The notes: generated from the letters alone by a model not told the origin. Shown: positions 50,764 through 60,940, numbered from the whole stretch's first letter. The stretch: DNA of 63,831 bases, filler included, from 6 parts of 6 records of this genome joined end to end with filler, not necessarily neighbours in it, one strand, 5' to 3'. Translations and numbers: made by a program.

Positions 50764-51145
50764 AAGACACCCATTTTATCCTCAATGTTAGAGCAATTTT
50801 TACAATTTTTGCGGAGCACAACGTATTGGATATTATAGAAAAATGGGTGTCAATTTATTAATAAATCTCATTAATCAGTGTGAAAAATCATTATAACTTT
50901 ACATCATCGGGGATTCCTGTATCCGGTCCGGCTTGCACATGGTCCCTCCGGCAATTGGAAATAAGCCAACCCTCTGACTTCTTGATGTTTTTCCTATATT
51001 AGCGATTGACACTAACTGTCACTAACGATAAGCTATCCTGCAATTACGGAGTGGATCGGCAAAATGCCAATTACGCCGAGCAGTTCCAGAGCGTCAAGCA
51101 GAATTTCGGCCTCCATGTTGATACTGTTTTGTGTAGGGGCTGTGG

Positions 51146-51559
51146 ATGAAAATGCGTAAACGGAAATGGAATTTTGAAAAGCTGGTTATTACTATCCGAC
51201 AGGTACATGAGGAACTGGCGGCACAGGCCGGGCGGGCGGTGAATGTCAGTCTTACAAGGCGCAACTGGCTGATCGGCGCCTATATCGCTGAATATTTAAC
51301 TGTCCGGGGAGGATCGGGCCGCCTACGGGGAGAGCCTGCTAAACGAGCTTCCCCGTGAGTTGCGCAAACATGTGATCAGCAACTCCGGCCGAAGGCAGTT
51401 GTATAACTATCTGACCTTTTATCGCGCTTCTCCTCAAATTGTGCGGACAATGCCCGCACAATTTCGGGACTGCAGCCAAGGAACGTCATGAACGAGTTGC
51501 ACATTGAAGAGCAAATGGAGCGTTTAATTGAAGAACAGGTTCGGGAGACGGAATTATGA
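51146..51559 (+). pseudogene. YhcG/DUF1016 family nuclease pseudogene
   Basis: RAVNVSLTRRNWLIGAYIAEY, frameshift, GEDRAAYGESLLNEL...LTFYRASPQIVRT, then a possible C-terminal remnant EEQMERLIEEQVRETEL*; the nuclease core is absent. Confidence 0.75.
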
Positions 51560-52707
51560 GCGAATACCAGTATTACGAGTTTCTGGCCATCGACCGGCCG
51601 CTAATAGAGGATGAGATGGCCGAGTTGCGGGCTCTTTCAACGCGGGCCGCGATCACGCCGGTCAGTTTCACCAACGAATACAATTGGGGCGATTTCAAGG
51701 GCGACCCTGAAAAGCTGATGCAGCGGTATTTCGATGCCCATGTCTATGTGGCCAATTGGATGACGGCCATATTCATGGTGCGCCTGCCCATCGAGGCGTT
51801 GCCCAAAGAGACGGCCAATGCTGCGGCTGTGCCTTACCTGTTGGATATCCAGGCTGTTGAAAACCATTGGATCATTACTTGGAGCCTGGAGGAATCGGAA
51901 AACTACGACCGTTTCGGTATGGAGGACGGCAGTGGATGGATGGCGCGTCTGGCGCCGGTGCGGGATGAATTACTGCGTGGGGACCTGCGCAGTCTGTACA
52001 TTGGATGGCTGGCGGCTGTTACCGGGGAAATGATGGATGACGAGGAGATGGAGCCGCTATCCGTGAGCGGATTGGGAAGCCTGACCGCAGCTCAGCAGGC
52101 GCTCGCCGAATTTCTGGAAGTGGACCCGGACCTGATGTCAGGCGCCGGTATCGATAGACCGGCTGCTCCGGAGGCGGAAATTTCACAGCAGGAAATGGAT
52201 AAGTGGATCGATGCCTTGCCCCGGGATGAGGTAAAAGAGGTGATAAAAATGCTCTTGGAGGGCAAAGGACAGGAGGCTGAAAGGTCCATCAAAATCAGGT
52301 TCGCGTCATGGCGGCGCGATCTGCTGACGGACAAGACTGACGCGCCCCGGCGCACGGTGGCAGAATTGCATCGGAATGCCGAAAAGGCTCGCCAAATAAG
52401 GTCGGAAAAGCAAAAACACGACCGTAAGCAACGGGAGATCAAACGCCGCAAGGAGCGAGAGGCGTATCTGAAAAAACTGTCCAGCAATTTCCCTAAGGCC
52501 TGGGAGTCTGTCCGGGAACCAGCCGAGCGCGGATCGGGGCGGGGGTATGACGAAGCTTGCCTCGCCCTTGTCGACATCGCCGAAGCCTATGCCCTTTTTG
52601 CGACCAAAAAGCAATTCCAAATAGAATTGAAAGAATTCATGGCCGGTCACATGCGACGCAAGGCGCTGATTCAACGTCTGGTGAAGGCCGGTATCTGGAA
52701 GGATTAA
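51556..52707 (+). CDS. Conserved hypothetical protein
   Basis: 383-aa ORF with RBS; MSEYQYYEFLAIDRPL, YFDAHVYVANW, GDLRSLYIGWL motifs; helical charged C-terminus. Confidence 0.75.
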   Translation: MSEYQYYEFLAIDRPLIEDEMAELRALSTRAAITPVSFTNEYNWGDFKGDPEKLMQRYFDAHVYVANWMTAIFMVRLPIEALPKETANAAAVPYLLDIQAVENHWIITWSLEESENYDRFGMEDGSGWMARLAPVRDELLRGDLRSLYIGWLAAVTGEMMDDEEMEPLSVSGLGSLTAAQQALAEFLEVDPDLMSGAGIDRPAAPEAEISQQEMDKWIDALPRDEVKEVIKMLLEGKGQEAERSIKIRFASWRRDLLTDKTDAPRRTVAELHRNAEKARQIRSEKQKHDRKQREIKRRKEREAYLKKLSSNFPKAWESVREPAERGSGRGYDEACLALVDIAEAYALFATKKQFQIELKEFMAGHMRRKALIQRLVKAGIWKD

Positions 52708-52821
52708 TAGATATCGGAGAGAAGGATGTTTTAACACCCATAATATTGATACCAATAAATGGATGTCTTTTATTTGCATTTATATTGCGTTGTGATGTCG
52801 CCGGATTGCTTATATTCTATT

Positions 52822-53721
52822 CTAACGCGTGGCTGCAGCGGCAAGCGGCTGGCCGACCTTGACAAGTGTTTCCTTACCGTCATTACTGTTTGCCGCCAGG
52901 TCTTCGCTGAAGCGGATTCTGCCGGGCTCGAATATCAGCACGATGGTTGATCCACCGAATTTGAAATAGCCTTTCTCATCCATCTTTTCGACATGACCAG
53001 AACAACGCGTGTTCACGATTCCGCCCACGCCAAACGCCCCAACTTCCATAAAGCACATGGCGCCAAAGTAGTCGGTCTCCATCAGCGTATAGCTGCGCTT
53101 GTTGTCGCCGAATACATCAGGGCCGCTTGCCAGTGCGATGGGATTAACCGAGTGCAACGCACCGGCAATACTCCTGTATTCAGTGATTTCCCCCGCACAT
53201 GGAAAATGGTAGCGATGGTAATCGGCGGGACAAAGACGGACGATGGCCAAAGATCCGTTGATAAACCGATCTGATTGGCCCGGCAGCATCTTGCGGATGC
53301 TGAACGGACGGCCCTTCACCGGTGCAAATGTATCTTCATCTATTTGGGGAAACACTAATACACGGCCGTCGGCGGGAGACACAAGTAATTCAGGGTCCGG
53401 ATTAAAAGGGCGGGCGCCGGGTTTCAGCCGCCGGGTAAAGAAATCGTTAAATGACCTGTAGCTCTCCCTGGGCTGTGCGAATTCGTCGACATCTATGGAG
53501 AGTTCCTCGATAACCGAGTCAATTTTGCCTTTGGATAAAGACGAGTCGTACCACTTCCCCATCAGCTTGCTGATAAATGTTGAGCGAAAGAGGATCCGTT
53601 CCAGGATTCCCGATTTTGAGTCCTGATAGGCCCAGCGTATCCATTTCTCACCCAAAACCGCTTCTTCAAAAGAATCGCCGGTTTCACGGTCAATTACGAT
53701 GATTGGCGCCTTATCAGTCAT
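52822..53721 (-). CDS. psd: Phosphatidylserine decarboxylase
   Basis: FNDFFTRRLK, SPADG, RLCPADYHRYH, FKFGGST autocleavage motif. Confidence 0.93.
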   Translation of the reverse strand: MTDKAPIIVIDRETGDSFEEAVLGEKWIRWAYQDSKSGILERILFRSTFISKLMGKWYDSSLSKGKIDSVIEELSIDVDEFAQPRESYRSFNDFFTRRLKPGARPFNPDPELLVSPADGRVLVFPQIDEDTFAPVKGRPFSIRKMLPGQSDRFINGSLAIVRLCPADYHRYHFPCAGEITEYRSIAGALHSVNPIALASGPDVFGDNKRSYTLMETDYFGAMCFMEVGAFGVGGIVNTRCSGHVEKMDEKGYFKFGGSTIVLIFEPGRIRFSEDLAANSNDGKETLVKVGQPLAAAATR

Positions 53722-53826
53722 AAACCATCCTTATGTAGACTTTTACCTTACTGCGCCGCAAGTAATAACACAACAGAAGCGCTGGTTTCAATGGTTCCGA
53801 ATAAATATACATTTTGGTTTTTATAG

Positions 53827-53992
53827 TTGACAATTTGTATAATAAATTGTATTTTCATTTTAATGAAAAGGCTGAAGTGCAACTGAAGTGCAATCGGCCC
53901 GTCACAGCCTTTTTTGATTAAAATTTAATCGTATTTTAACCAAGACCACGAAGGTCCAATGCCCGGAAGGGCGTGATCGTCGTGGTTTTTTT
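53827..53992 (+). promoter_or_regulatory. Promoter with inverted repeat and structured leader (two terminator-like hairpins)
   Basis: TTGACA(53827)-17-TATTTT; ACAATTT-N7-AAATTGT; hairpins 53866-53915 and 53942-53992 with U-tails. Confidence 0.5.
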
Positions 53993-54014
53993 ATTTTATG
54001 CAAAGGAGTTTGTA

Positions 54015-54362
54015 ATGTCAGAGACAATGAATACCGCTTTTGAAAATCTTAAAAGCAGCTTCCCAGCATTGATGAATTCTTTTCGACAGTTGGATGAAAT
54101 CGCATCCGGAGAGGGAGTTTTAAGCTCCAAAACCAAAAAACTGATCATGATCGGTATATCAGCGGCGATACGTTGTGAGCCGTGTATTCGATCCCACGTT
54201 GCCGGGGCCCTGGAATTGGGGGCGAGCCGGGATGAAATATTGGAGGCCGCCGGAGTGGCGATACTCATGGGAGGAGGTCCGACCGCGGCCTATTGCGCTC
54301 TCTATTTATTGGAAGAATTGGAACAAAACAATACCAATAAGGAGGCAGCTTCTGAAGCGTGA
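54015..54362 (+). CDS. Carboxymuconolactone decarboxylase/AhpD-like protein
   Basis: KTKKLIMIGIS, CEPC, HVAGALELGAS..EILEA, MGGGP; AAGGAG RBS before the ATG at 54015. Confidence 0.88.
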   Translation: MSETMNTAFENLKSSFPALMNSFRQLDEIASGEGVLSSKTKKLIMIGISAAIRCEPCIRSHVAGALELGASRDEILEAAGVAILMGGGPTAAYCALYLLEELEQNNTNKEAASEA

Positions 54363-54479
54363 CTGATGTAGTTTGAAAATTATCTCATGAGAATAAAAGG
54401 AAAATGCAAGCCTGTCTGGCAATGCGGCCTATATGGCCTGTCGGAGTTTTAAGAAAGTAATAACAAGGAGGACTATATC

Positions 54480-55271
54480 ATGAAAATATGTGTATGCGGA
54501 AAAGGCGGAACCGGAAAAAGCACTATTGTCGCCTTGCTGGCCGACGGTTTTAAAAATTACGAGAAGAGAGTGATCGTGCTCGATTCAGATGAATCCAATT
54601 CAAGCCTTTACTGGATGCTCGGTTTGGAATCGCCGCCCTTTGCGCTAATGGATTTTTTGGGTGGAAAAAAGACCGTTCAGAAAAAAATGATTGCAAGATT
54701 TACAAGCGGTGAGGAAGAACCCCAAATGTCCATTTGGGAAAAGGAGGAAATGATCGTCGACGAAATCCCTCTGCATTACTTCTCGGGCGGCGAAGGACTC
54801 AAGATGGTCGCCACCGGGAAAATCAACCAATCCATGGAAGGTTGCGCCTGTCCGATGGGGACCGTGACCAGGGAGTTTTTAAAAAGGCTGAAACTATCCG
54901 ATAATGAGATTGTCATCGTGGATACGGAGGCCGGCATTGAGCATTTTGGGCGAGGCATAGAAGGAAGCGTTGATATGGTCTTAGGAGTCATAGAACCATC
55001 CCTGGAATCCATTTCACTGGTTAATAAAATCATGGAGTTGACCCAAACATCCGGCGCCGTCTTTAAAGGGGCCATACTAAACAAAATTCTATCAAATGAC
55101 CAGGAATCGCTACTTGTCGACAAGATAAATGATTTCAAAATACCTGTAATCGGAAAAATCGGCTTTCAAAGCGAGTTCCAGGCTACATGTCTTGAAGGAA
55201 AAACCCTTAACGCTTCGATAATATCCACGGAAATGGATAAAATCATATGTTCCATACTCGATAATGAATAG
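54480..55271 (+). CDS. cooC: CooC/AcsF-type nickel-insertion ATPase
   Basis: GKGGTGKS deviant Walker A, GCACP motif, DTEAGIEHFGRG. Confidence 0.85.
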   Translation: MKICVCGKGGTGKSTIVALLADGFKNYEKRVIVLDSDESNSSLYWMLGLESPPFALMDFLGGKKTVQKKMIARFTSGEEEPQMSIWEKEEMIVDEIPLHYFSGGEGLKMVATGKINQSMEGCACPMGTVTREFLKRLKLSDNEIVIVDTEAGIEHFGRGIEGSVDMVLGVIEPSLESISLVNKIMELTQTSGAVFKGAILNKILSNDQESLLVDKINDFKIPVIGKIGFQSEFQATCLEGKTLNASIISTEMDKIICSILDNE

Positions 55272-55414
55272 ATACGAAAAAAAAATAAGGGCGCGAGAAA
55301 CCTGAATAACGCCATTCGTCATTGGTTTGATTTGTCCGGCCTTGAATACACCCGGAAAATGACCAATGGAATTCAGGATAAATTCAGAGCGCCGAAAAGA
55401 GCAGGGGGAGAAAC

Positions 55415-56035
55415 ATGACGGACTCAGGAGATGTTTTTCAAAATAACTATCAACATTATCTCACTCAATTGTCCACAGTGGACCTTGAGTCGATCAAGGA
55501 TCGTTTAGGATTCATTTCAGAATCCGGGAAGCTGTTTTTACCTTTCTTCAATAGAAGATATCATGTTACAAACGCCGGATTCACAGACGAAGCAGGTAAT
55601 ATGCCGAGTTACGGCGAAGCTTTTTTTCTATTTAAATATATCTTGTTGTGCCCTGATGAAACGTATTTTAATGCGGAATGGTCCACATTCAAGGATTTCA
55701 AAAGAGTTTCACATTTCACTAATGTTAATTTTTTTAAAAGCGATACGGAGCAACTTATTGAAAGTGTGTTTTCAGGCAAGTTGAACGAATTGAAAGAGGC
55801 TTGTTCAGTACTGGGCGGCATTGAACATGAAATGGATACGCCATATGATTTGTCCATGAAGTTTAATGCTTATCCCCGAATTTCTCTTTTATTACTTTTC
55901 AACGACGGCGACGAGGAGTTCCCGGCAAAGTGCACGGTTCTATTTCAGAAGCATGCGGAATACTATCTTGATCCTGAATCTCTTGCAACAACCAGTGCAT
56001 GGTTGGCAAAGAACCTCGCAAAACAATTAAGTTAG
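55415..56035 (+). CDS. DUF3786 domain protein
   Basis: LFKYIL, DEEFPAKCTVLF...YLDPESLA. Confidence 0.75.
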   Translation: MTDSGDVFQNNYQHYLTQLSTVDLESIKDRLGFISESGKLFLPFFNRRYHVTNAGFTDEAGNMPSYGEAFFLFKYILLCPDETYFNAEWSTFKDFKRVSHFTNVNFFKSDTEQLIESVFSGKLNELKEACSVLGGIEHEMDTPYDLSMKFNAYPRISLLLLFNDGDEEFPAKCTVLFQKHAEYYLDPESLATTSAWLAKNLAKQLS

Positions 56036-56092
56036 TTCTTTTTCGGGATTTTGGTTCTGATGGAATGAAGGCTATCGCTGTACCATTTGCTT

Positions 56093-56129
56093 CCCCTCTC
56101 GCGCGAAGGTTTTTCCGCGCGAAAGGGGA
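56093..56129. terminator. Hairpin between convergent DUF3786 and acyl-CoA synthetase genes
   Basis: CCCCTCTCGCGCG...CGCGCGAAAGGGG inverted repeat. Confidence 0.5.
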
Positions 56130-56153
56130 GGGGGGATAAAAACCAAATGTCGA

Positions 56154-58022
56154 TCACTTCCAGTTGACGGTGTGTTTCAGATAGGTGAACTTGCCCACTA
56201 AGGACGCTATATCGCTTTCAATCTCATTTCGATCCACGTCTCCGCCGCCGGATAGTTCGATGACGGCCAGGGCGCCTAGTTTTTTATCTTCACCAACCGT
56301 GACGCTGGACTGGATTCCTTTAGCTTCAAAAGGAGACAGAACCTGTTCCAGGACTGCCTTGGCCTGGGCCCACCGGAGTTGAGGCTTGAAAATCTTTCCC
56401 ACCGCTGTCATGGGCATCTGCTCGATTATGTGGACTTCCTTGGGCAGGGCCGGTCTTTCGGAAATGCGTTTTGATACAAAGTCCATGAGTTCTTCCGTAT
56501 CAGCGGTCTGACCGGGCTTGAGTTGGACATAGACGACCGGAAGTTCCCCGGCATAATCATCCGGCTTGCCCACGGCGGCGGCAATTTCGACTGCCGGATG
56601 CTCCATCATGGCTTCTTCGATAATCGCCGGGTCTATGTTGTGGGCGCTGCGGATGATAACGTCCTTGGCCCGACCGGTCAGGAAGAGATGCCCTTCTTCA
56701 TCAATATAGCCCAGGTCGCCGGTCAGCAGCCAGCCGTCATCCGTCAGCACGCCCCTGTTTTGAGCGGCTTCCTTATACCCCTGGAAGACGTTGGGGCCCT
56801 TTACGGCAATTACTCCGGTTTCGCCCGGGGCGCCGGCCTCCATTGTCTGTTCGTTTTTAACAATTTTCCATTCCTCGTATGGCACGCGGATGCCGACGGA
56901 TCCGATTTTTGGCTCGCTTAAGGCAGGATTCATTGAAATAATAACCGTTGCCTCGGTGGCGCCGTACATCTGGTGAACCCTTACTCCAAAAGTATCGTAA
57001 AAATCCTTTTCAACCTGAACAGGCAAAGCAGCTCCGCCGGTCAGGGCTATTTCAACTTTTGAAATATCAGCATCTCCAACCGGTACATTGCATAGAGCGC
57101 CCAGGGACGTAGGCACGCCGCCGACAACATTAATGTTATATTTTTCGACCAGCTTCCAGTGGTTTTCAACCACGGCCTGGTTTCTCAAACCCGCGGGCGT
57201 GGGGATAAATGAGTTGGAACCCACGGATAGAGCGGCCAGGGATGTAACCATGGCGCCGGCCACGTGGAAGAGAGGCAGGCCGTTTACGCCGATCATGTTC
57301 GGCTGGTAATTCCACATATTGGCAACAGCCCAGGCTGCATAAACTTCGTTCTCGTGACTGTGCTGGGCCAGCTTGGGAGAACCCGTGGTTCCGCCGGTAT
57401 GAAAATAAGCTGCAATGTCTGAAGGCTTTATCTGCCGTCCGCTGGTCAGCTTGTCGGAAGGGTATTTTTCAATCAGTTGGTCAAAGGAATATATGTTCCG
57501 GCTTTCATCGCCCGGGCCGAAAAGCTGCAGGACTGCTTTTAGGCTGGGCACTTTGTCTATAACCGCTTCAACTTTTTCCCAGATATCCAGGGCCGGGTTC
57601 GGGCCCATGGCCACCAGAACCTTGGTTTCGGCGGCGTTGAGCAGGTCGGCTATCTGATCCACCTGGAGCAGAAAATTGATCGGGTTGGCAATGCCGGCGG
57701 CTTCGCCTCCCCAAAGTGTATATTGAGCCTGGGGCAGGAGAGGCAGCAGAAATGAGATGGCGTCGTTCGGTCCGGCGCCCATGTCGTTGAACATATTGGC
57801 TGCCTGATTAATCCGGCCGAATAGCTGCTTGTAGGTCAAACAGATAGGGTCTTCCTCAACCGTGCCGCCAAGCAGAAAAGTGATGGCCGTGGCATCCGGC
57901 CGGGCCTCGGCGACATTTTTAAATAACTCGTAAGTGCTGGATGCCGGCCTTACTTCTTCCCAAGGGCTCTCTTCCAGCTTTTCAACATCTTTAATGGTCT
58001 TGACCGGCGAAACTTGGATCAT
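56154..58022 (-). CDS. Acyl-CoA synthetase (AMP-forming)
   Basis: FHTGGTTGSPK, YGATE, TGDLG, GRAKD, TAVGKIFK. Confidence 0.92.
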   Translation of the reverse strand: MIQVSPVKTIKDVEKLEESPWEEVRPASSTYELFKNVAEARPDATAITFLLGGTVEEDPICLTYKQLFGRINQAANMFNDMGAGPNDAISFLLPLLPQAQYTLWGGEAAGIANPINFLLQVDQIADLLNAAETKVLVAMGPNPALDIWEKVEAVIDKVPSLKAVLQLFGPGDESRNIYSFDQLIEKYPSDKLTSGRQIKPSDIAAYFHTGGTTGSPKLAQHSHENEVYAAWAVANMWNYQPNMIGVNGLPLFHVAGAMVTSLAALSVGSNSFIPTPAGLRNQAVVENHWKLVEKYNINVVGGVPTSLGALCNVPVGDADISKVEIALTGGAALPVQVEKDFYDTFGVRVHQMYGATEATVIISMNPALSEPKIGSVGIRVPYEEWKIVKNEQTMEAGAPGETGVIAVKGPNVFQGYKEAAQNRGVLTDDGWLLTGDLGYIDEEGHLFLTGRAKDVIIRSAHNIDPAIIEEAMMEHPAVEIAAAVGKPDDYAGELPVVYVQLKPGQTADTEELMDFVSKRISERPALPKEVHIIEQMPMTAVGKIFKPQLRWAQAKAVLEQVLSPFEAKGIQSSVTVGEDKKLGALAVIELSGGGDVDRNEIESDIASLVGKFTYLKHTVNWK

Positions 58023-58124
58023 TTTAATCTCCTTTTAGACTTAATAAGTCTGAATTGTTGGACAATGGTTGCGATTTGCGGATAACTATCTTTCTGGTCT
58101 TGGGTCTGGACAGGAGGAAGGACT

Positions 58125-58224
58125 NNNNNNNNNNNNNNNNNNNNNNNNNNNNNNNNNNNNNNNNNNNNTTAATTAATTAANNNNNNNNNNNNNNNNNNNN
58201 NNNNNNNNNNNNNNNNNNNNNNNN
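58125..58224. other. Artificial contig spacer
   Basis: N-run, TTAATTAATTAA, N-run. Confidence 0.98.
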
Positions 58225-58225
58225 C

Positions 58226-59914
58226 CCCTACAGCGGCATCATGGGGGACGGCAGCGTGGGCGGCGCCATGGCCAACGCCATGAAGAAGGCCGGATACGAC
58301 CAGATTGTGGTGGAGGGCGCCTCCGACAAGCCCGTCTACCTTCTCATCGAAGACGGCGAGGTCTCCCTCCGGACCGCGGACGACCTCTGGGGCCTGGACA
58401 CCTGGGCCACCACCGACCGCCTTGTGGAACGCCACGGCAAGGGCGTGAGCGTGGCCTGCATCGGCCAGGCCGGCGAAAACCTGGTGCGGCTGGCCTCCAC
58501 CATGGTGGACAAGTACTCATCCGCCTCCCGGGGCTCGGGCGCGGTCTGGGGCTCCAAGAACCTGAAGGCCATGGTCGTCAGGGGCACGGGACGCCCCGAA
58601 CTCTTTGACCGCAAGGGCTTCCTGGCCCTCTCCAAGGAGGACAAGCTGTTCATGGCCAAGGACCGGGTGCAGAAGGAAGTGGTATCGGTCTACGGTTCCC
58701 ACTACGGCATCACCAACTGGTATCCCGGCTACCGGAACTTTGAAAAAGAGCTGCCCCCTGAAGAGGTGCCGGAACAGCTGCGCCATGAAGCCTGGAAAGA
58801 GTTCGAGATCGGCCGGGTGGGCTGCCAGAGCTGCCACATCAAATGCAAGAACCTCTACAAGATTCCCAAGGGAGACCGCAAGGACGAGATCGGCGAGGGC
58901 ATGGAGTACGAGGCGGTCTACTGCATGGGCACCAACTGCGGTGTGGAGGACCCCATTGCCATCATGGAGATGGAGAACCTCTGCGACGCCTACGGCATGG
59001 ATGTCATTGCCGTGGGTAACACCATCGCCCTTGCCAAGGAGCTCTTCAACCGGGGCATCATCGACACGAACGACACCAAAGGCCTGGACCTCTCCTGGGA
59101 AAACGCCAGGGATCAGGTGGAGCTGGTCCACCAGACCGCCATGCGGGAAGGCTTCGGCAACCTCATTGCCGAAGGCATGTATTCTCTTGCCAAAATCGTG
59201 GGCAACGGCGCCATGGACTACTGCTACCACGTGAAGGGCCTGGGCCGGGGCGTCTACCCCGCCGGCCTCTTCTCCCTGGCCCACGCCATCGCCACCCGGG
59301 GGGCCGATCATCTCCGGGGCCGCAGCTGGGCCTCCGGCGAAAACTCCGACGAGGACGTGCTCAAGGAGCTCATGAAAAAAGGGTTCATCACCGATGACCC
59401 GGTTCAGTCCATGATCCACGGCGAACGGGTCACCACCCTGGCCGATGTCATCGGCCGCTGCAAGGGCGCCGTTAACACCTGGACCTGCGCCATGCCCCTG
59501 ATCTGGAAAGGCTCCCTGTTCGACGGCCTTGCCGACATGCTCACCAAAGCCACCGGCATCACCTACACCGGCAAAACCATAGAGGATGTCTCAGACCGCA
59601 TCGGCGCCGTGGAAAGGGCCTTTAACGCCCGCCAGGGCATCACCATCGCCGATGACATGCTGCCCCAGCGCCCGGACTTCAAGAACACCCCGGAAGGCGC
59701 CGAGGAAAGAGAGGTCCACATGGCCATGGTCAAAAAGTGGTACCGGGAGAACGGCTATGCGCCTGAAACCGGCCTGCCCACCCGGGAGGCCTGTGAGCGC
59801 CTCAACATCGGCTATATTCTGGATAGTCTCGAAAAGAGCGGCCCCAGTGAAAAATGGGACGGTCCCCTTTTAAGGGATCTTTCCGAATACCCCACGGGCG
59901 GAAAGCGGTTCTAA
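58226..59914 (+). CDS. aor: Aldehyde:ferredoxin oxidoreductase family (W/Mo-pterin), 5'-truncated
   Basis: CIGQAGEN, RGSGAVWGSKNLKA, CQSCHIKC, MEYE, DAYGMD, RGADH; the frame is open to the contig edge. Confidence 0.93.
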   Translation, partial: PYSGIMGDGSVGGAMANAMKKAGYDQIVVEGASDKPVYLLIEDGEVSLRTADDLWGLDTWATTDRLVERHGKGVSVACIGQAGENLVRLASTMVDKYSSASRGSGAVWGSKNLKAMVVRGTGRPELFDRKGFLALSKEDKLFMAKDRVQKEVVSVYGSHYGITNWYPGYRNFEKELPPEEVPEQLRHEAWKEFEIGRVGCQSCHIKCKNLYKIPKGDRKDEIGEGMEYEAVYCMGTNCGVEDPIAIMEMENLCDAYGMDVIAVGNTIALAKELFNRGIIDTNDTKGLDLSWENARDQVELVHQTAMREGFGNLIAEGMYSLAKIVGNGAMDYCYHVKGLGRGVYPAGLFSLAHAIATRGADHLRGRSWASGENSDEDVLKELMKKGFITDDPVQSMIHGERVTTLADVIGRCKGAVNTWTCAMPLIWKGSLFDGLADMLTKATGITYTGKTIEDVSDRIGAVERAFNARQGITIADDMLPQRPDFKNTPEGAEEREVHMAMVKKWYRENGYAPETGLPTREACERLNIGYILDSLEKSGPSEKWDGPLLRDLSEYPTGGKRF

Positions 59915-59921
59915 GAAACAC

Positions 59922-59962
59922 GCTCCGGTATTGGCGGCGCATTGGACCGCCAATACCGGAGC
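59922..59962. repeat. Conserved hairpin, copy 1 (terminator/REP-like)
   Basis: GCTCCGGTATTGGCGG-CGCATTGGA-CCGCCAATACCGGAGC, perfect 16-bp stem. Confidence 0.75.
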
Positions 59963-59977
59963 ACCCGTAATCCGTAT

Positions 59978-60922
59978 TTACTCAGAATGAAGTAATAAAT
60001 CTGAAATGTGATTGAGTTCGCACCGGAAGTGCCGGTGGAAACATCTTTCCGTAACCGTTTCCTCTTTGTCCCTGAACCGCACACGGGCGATGGTGTTTTG
60101 TAATTTCTTTTCGGTTTTTCGAATGGGAATCAGTGATCCCTCGGCAAGTTGTTCACTGATGAGATGGCTGACCAGAATGCCCAGCCCCAGATCCTCCTCA
60201 AGGCCGGAAATGATCGCTCCGGCACTGTCCGCCACCAGAATGAGGTTCAACAATGACGGCGCCTCGTCAAAATGCAATGAGAACCAGCTGCGAAACAATG
60301 AGATATCTTTTTTGTAACCAATGTAGTCAAGCTTGACAAGCTCGTCATAGCCCGCTTCATTGATGTTGTCTTCATGGTATTTCCGGGAGCAGGCCAGTAC
60401 CAGCTCCTCGGTGACCATGGGCTCGATGGCATACACCGCCGGCTCGCTGGGAATATCCATCAATATGGGCAGGATATCGATGTATGCAAAATCCAGCTCC
60501 CCTTCAGCAACCATCCCGAACAGGGTGTTGGGATCTCCCAGTTCGAGCTGCAAGGAGACATCCCGGTATTTCCGGTTAAAAGAGGCAAAAATCCTGGGCA
60601 GGTAGGTTTTACCGAATTCCGAAGGCGCCCCGATGCGCAGCAGCCCCGAAGGCGTTTCCGAGGTTTCGTTGATATGCCTGACCCCGCTTTCAAGGTCCCT
60701 CATAAAACTCTGCACGATATCATAGAGTTTATGACCGGCCGCGGTCGGAATCAGACGGCGCTTGACCCTCGTAAACAAGGAGGTTTTCAGCTCCCCTTCA
60801 AGCTTCTTAAGGTGCTGGCTCACCCCGGACTGGGTGATGTGCAGAATTTTGGCCGCGCCGGTGCTGCTCTGTTCGTTGAAGACATGATAGAAAACCTTTA
60901 ACCTGTTGAAATCCGGAAGCAT
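59978..60922 (-). CDS. LysR family transcriptional regulator
   Basis: HITQSGVSQHLKKLE...LFTR HTH; substrate-binding domain. Confidence 0.93.
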   Translation of the reverse strand: MLPDFNRLKVFYHVFNEQSSTGAAKILHITQSGVSQHLKKLEGELKTSLFTRVKRRLIPTAAGHKLYDIVQSFMRDLESGVRHINETSETPSGLLRIGAPSEFGKTYLPRIFASFNRKYRDVSLQLELGDPNTLFGMVAEGELDFAYIDILPILMDIPSEPAVYAIEPMVTEELVLACSRKYHEDNINEAGYDELVKLDYIGYKKDISLFRSWFSLHFDEAPSLLNLILVADSAGAIISGLEEDLGLGILVSHLISEQLAEGSLIPIRKTEKKLQNTIARVRFRDKEETVTERCFHRHFRCELNHISDLLLHSE

Positions 60923-60940
60923 TGTACACCCTTAACACCA

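Noticed and set aside
54360-54371. Possible selenocysteine read-through of the CMD stop (TGA CTG ATG TAG)
   Set aside because: No convincing SECIS hairpin follows, the position is not in a redox motif, and the CxxC motif is already Cys-Cys.
58169-58435. Minus-strand ORF running into Ns, and the X-tail of ORF 20587-25167
   Set aside because: These are artefacts of translating through the spacer; the stop codons come from the linker.
58336-59873. Long alternative-frame ORFs over aor (300 aa, 209 aa and others)
   Set aside because: Shadow ORFs expected from high-GC codon bias, with no recognisable motifs.
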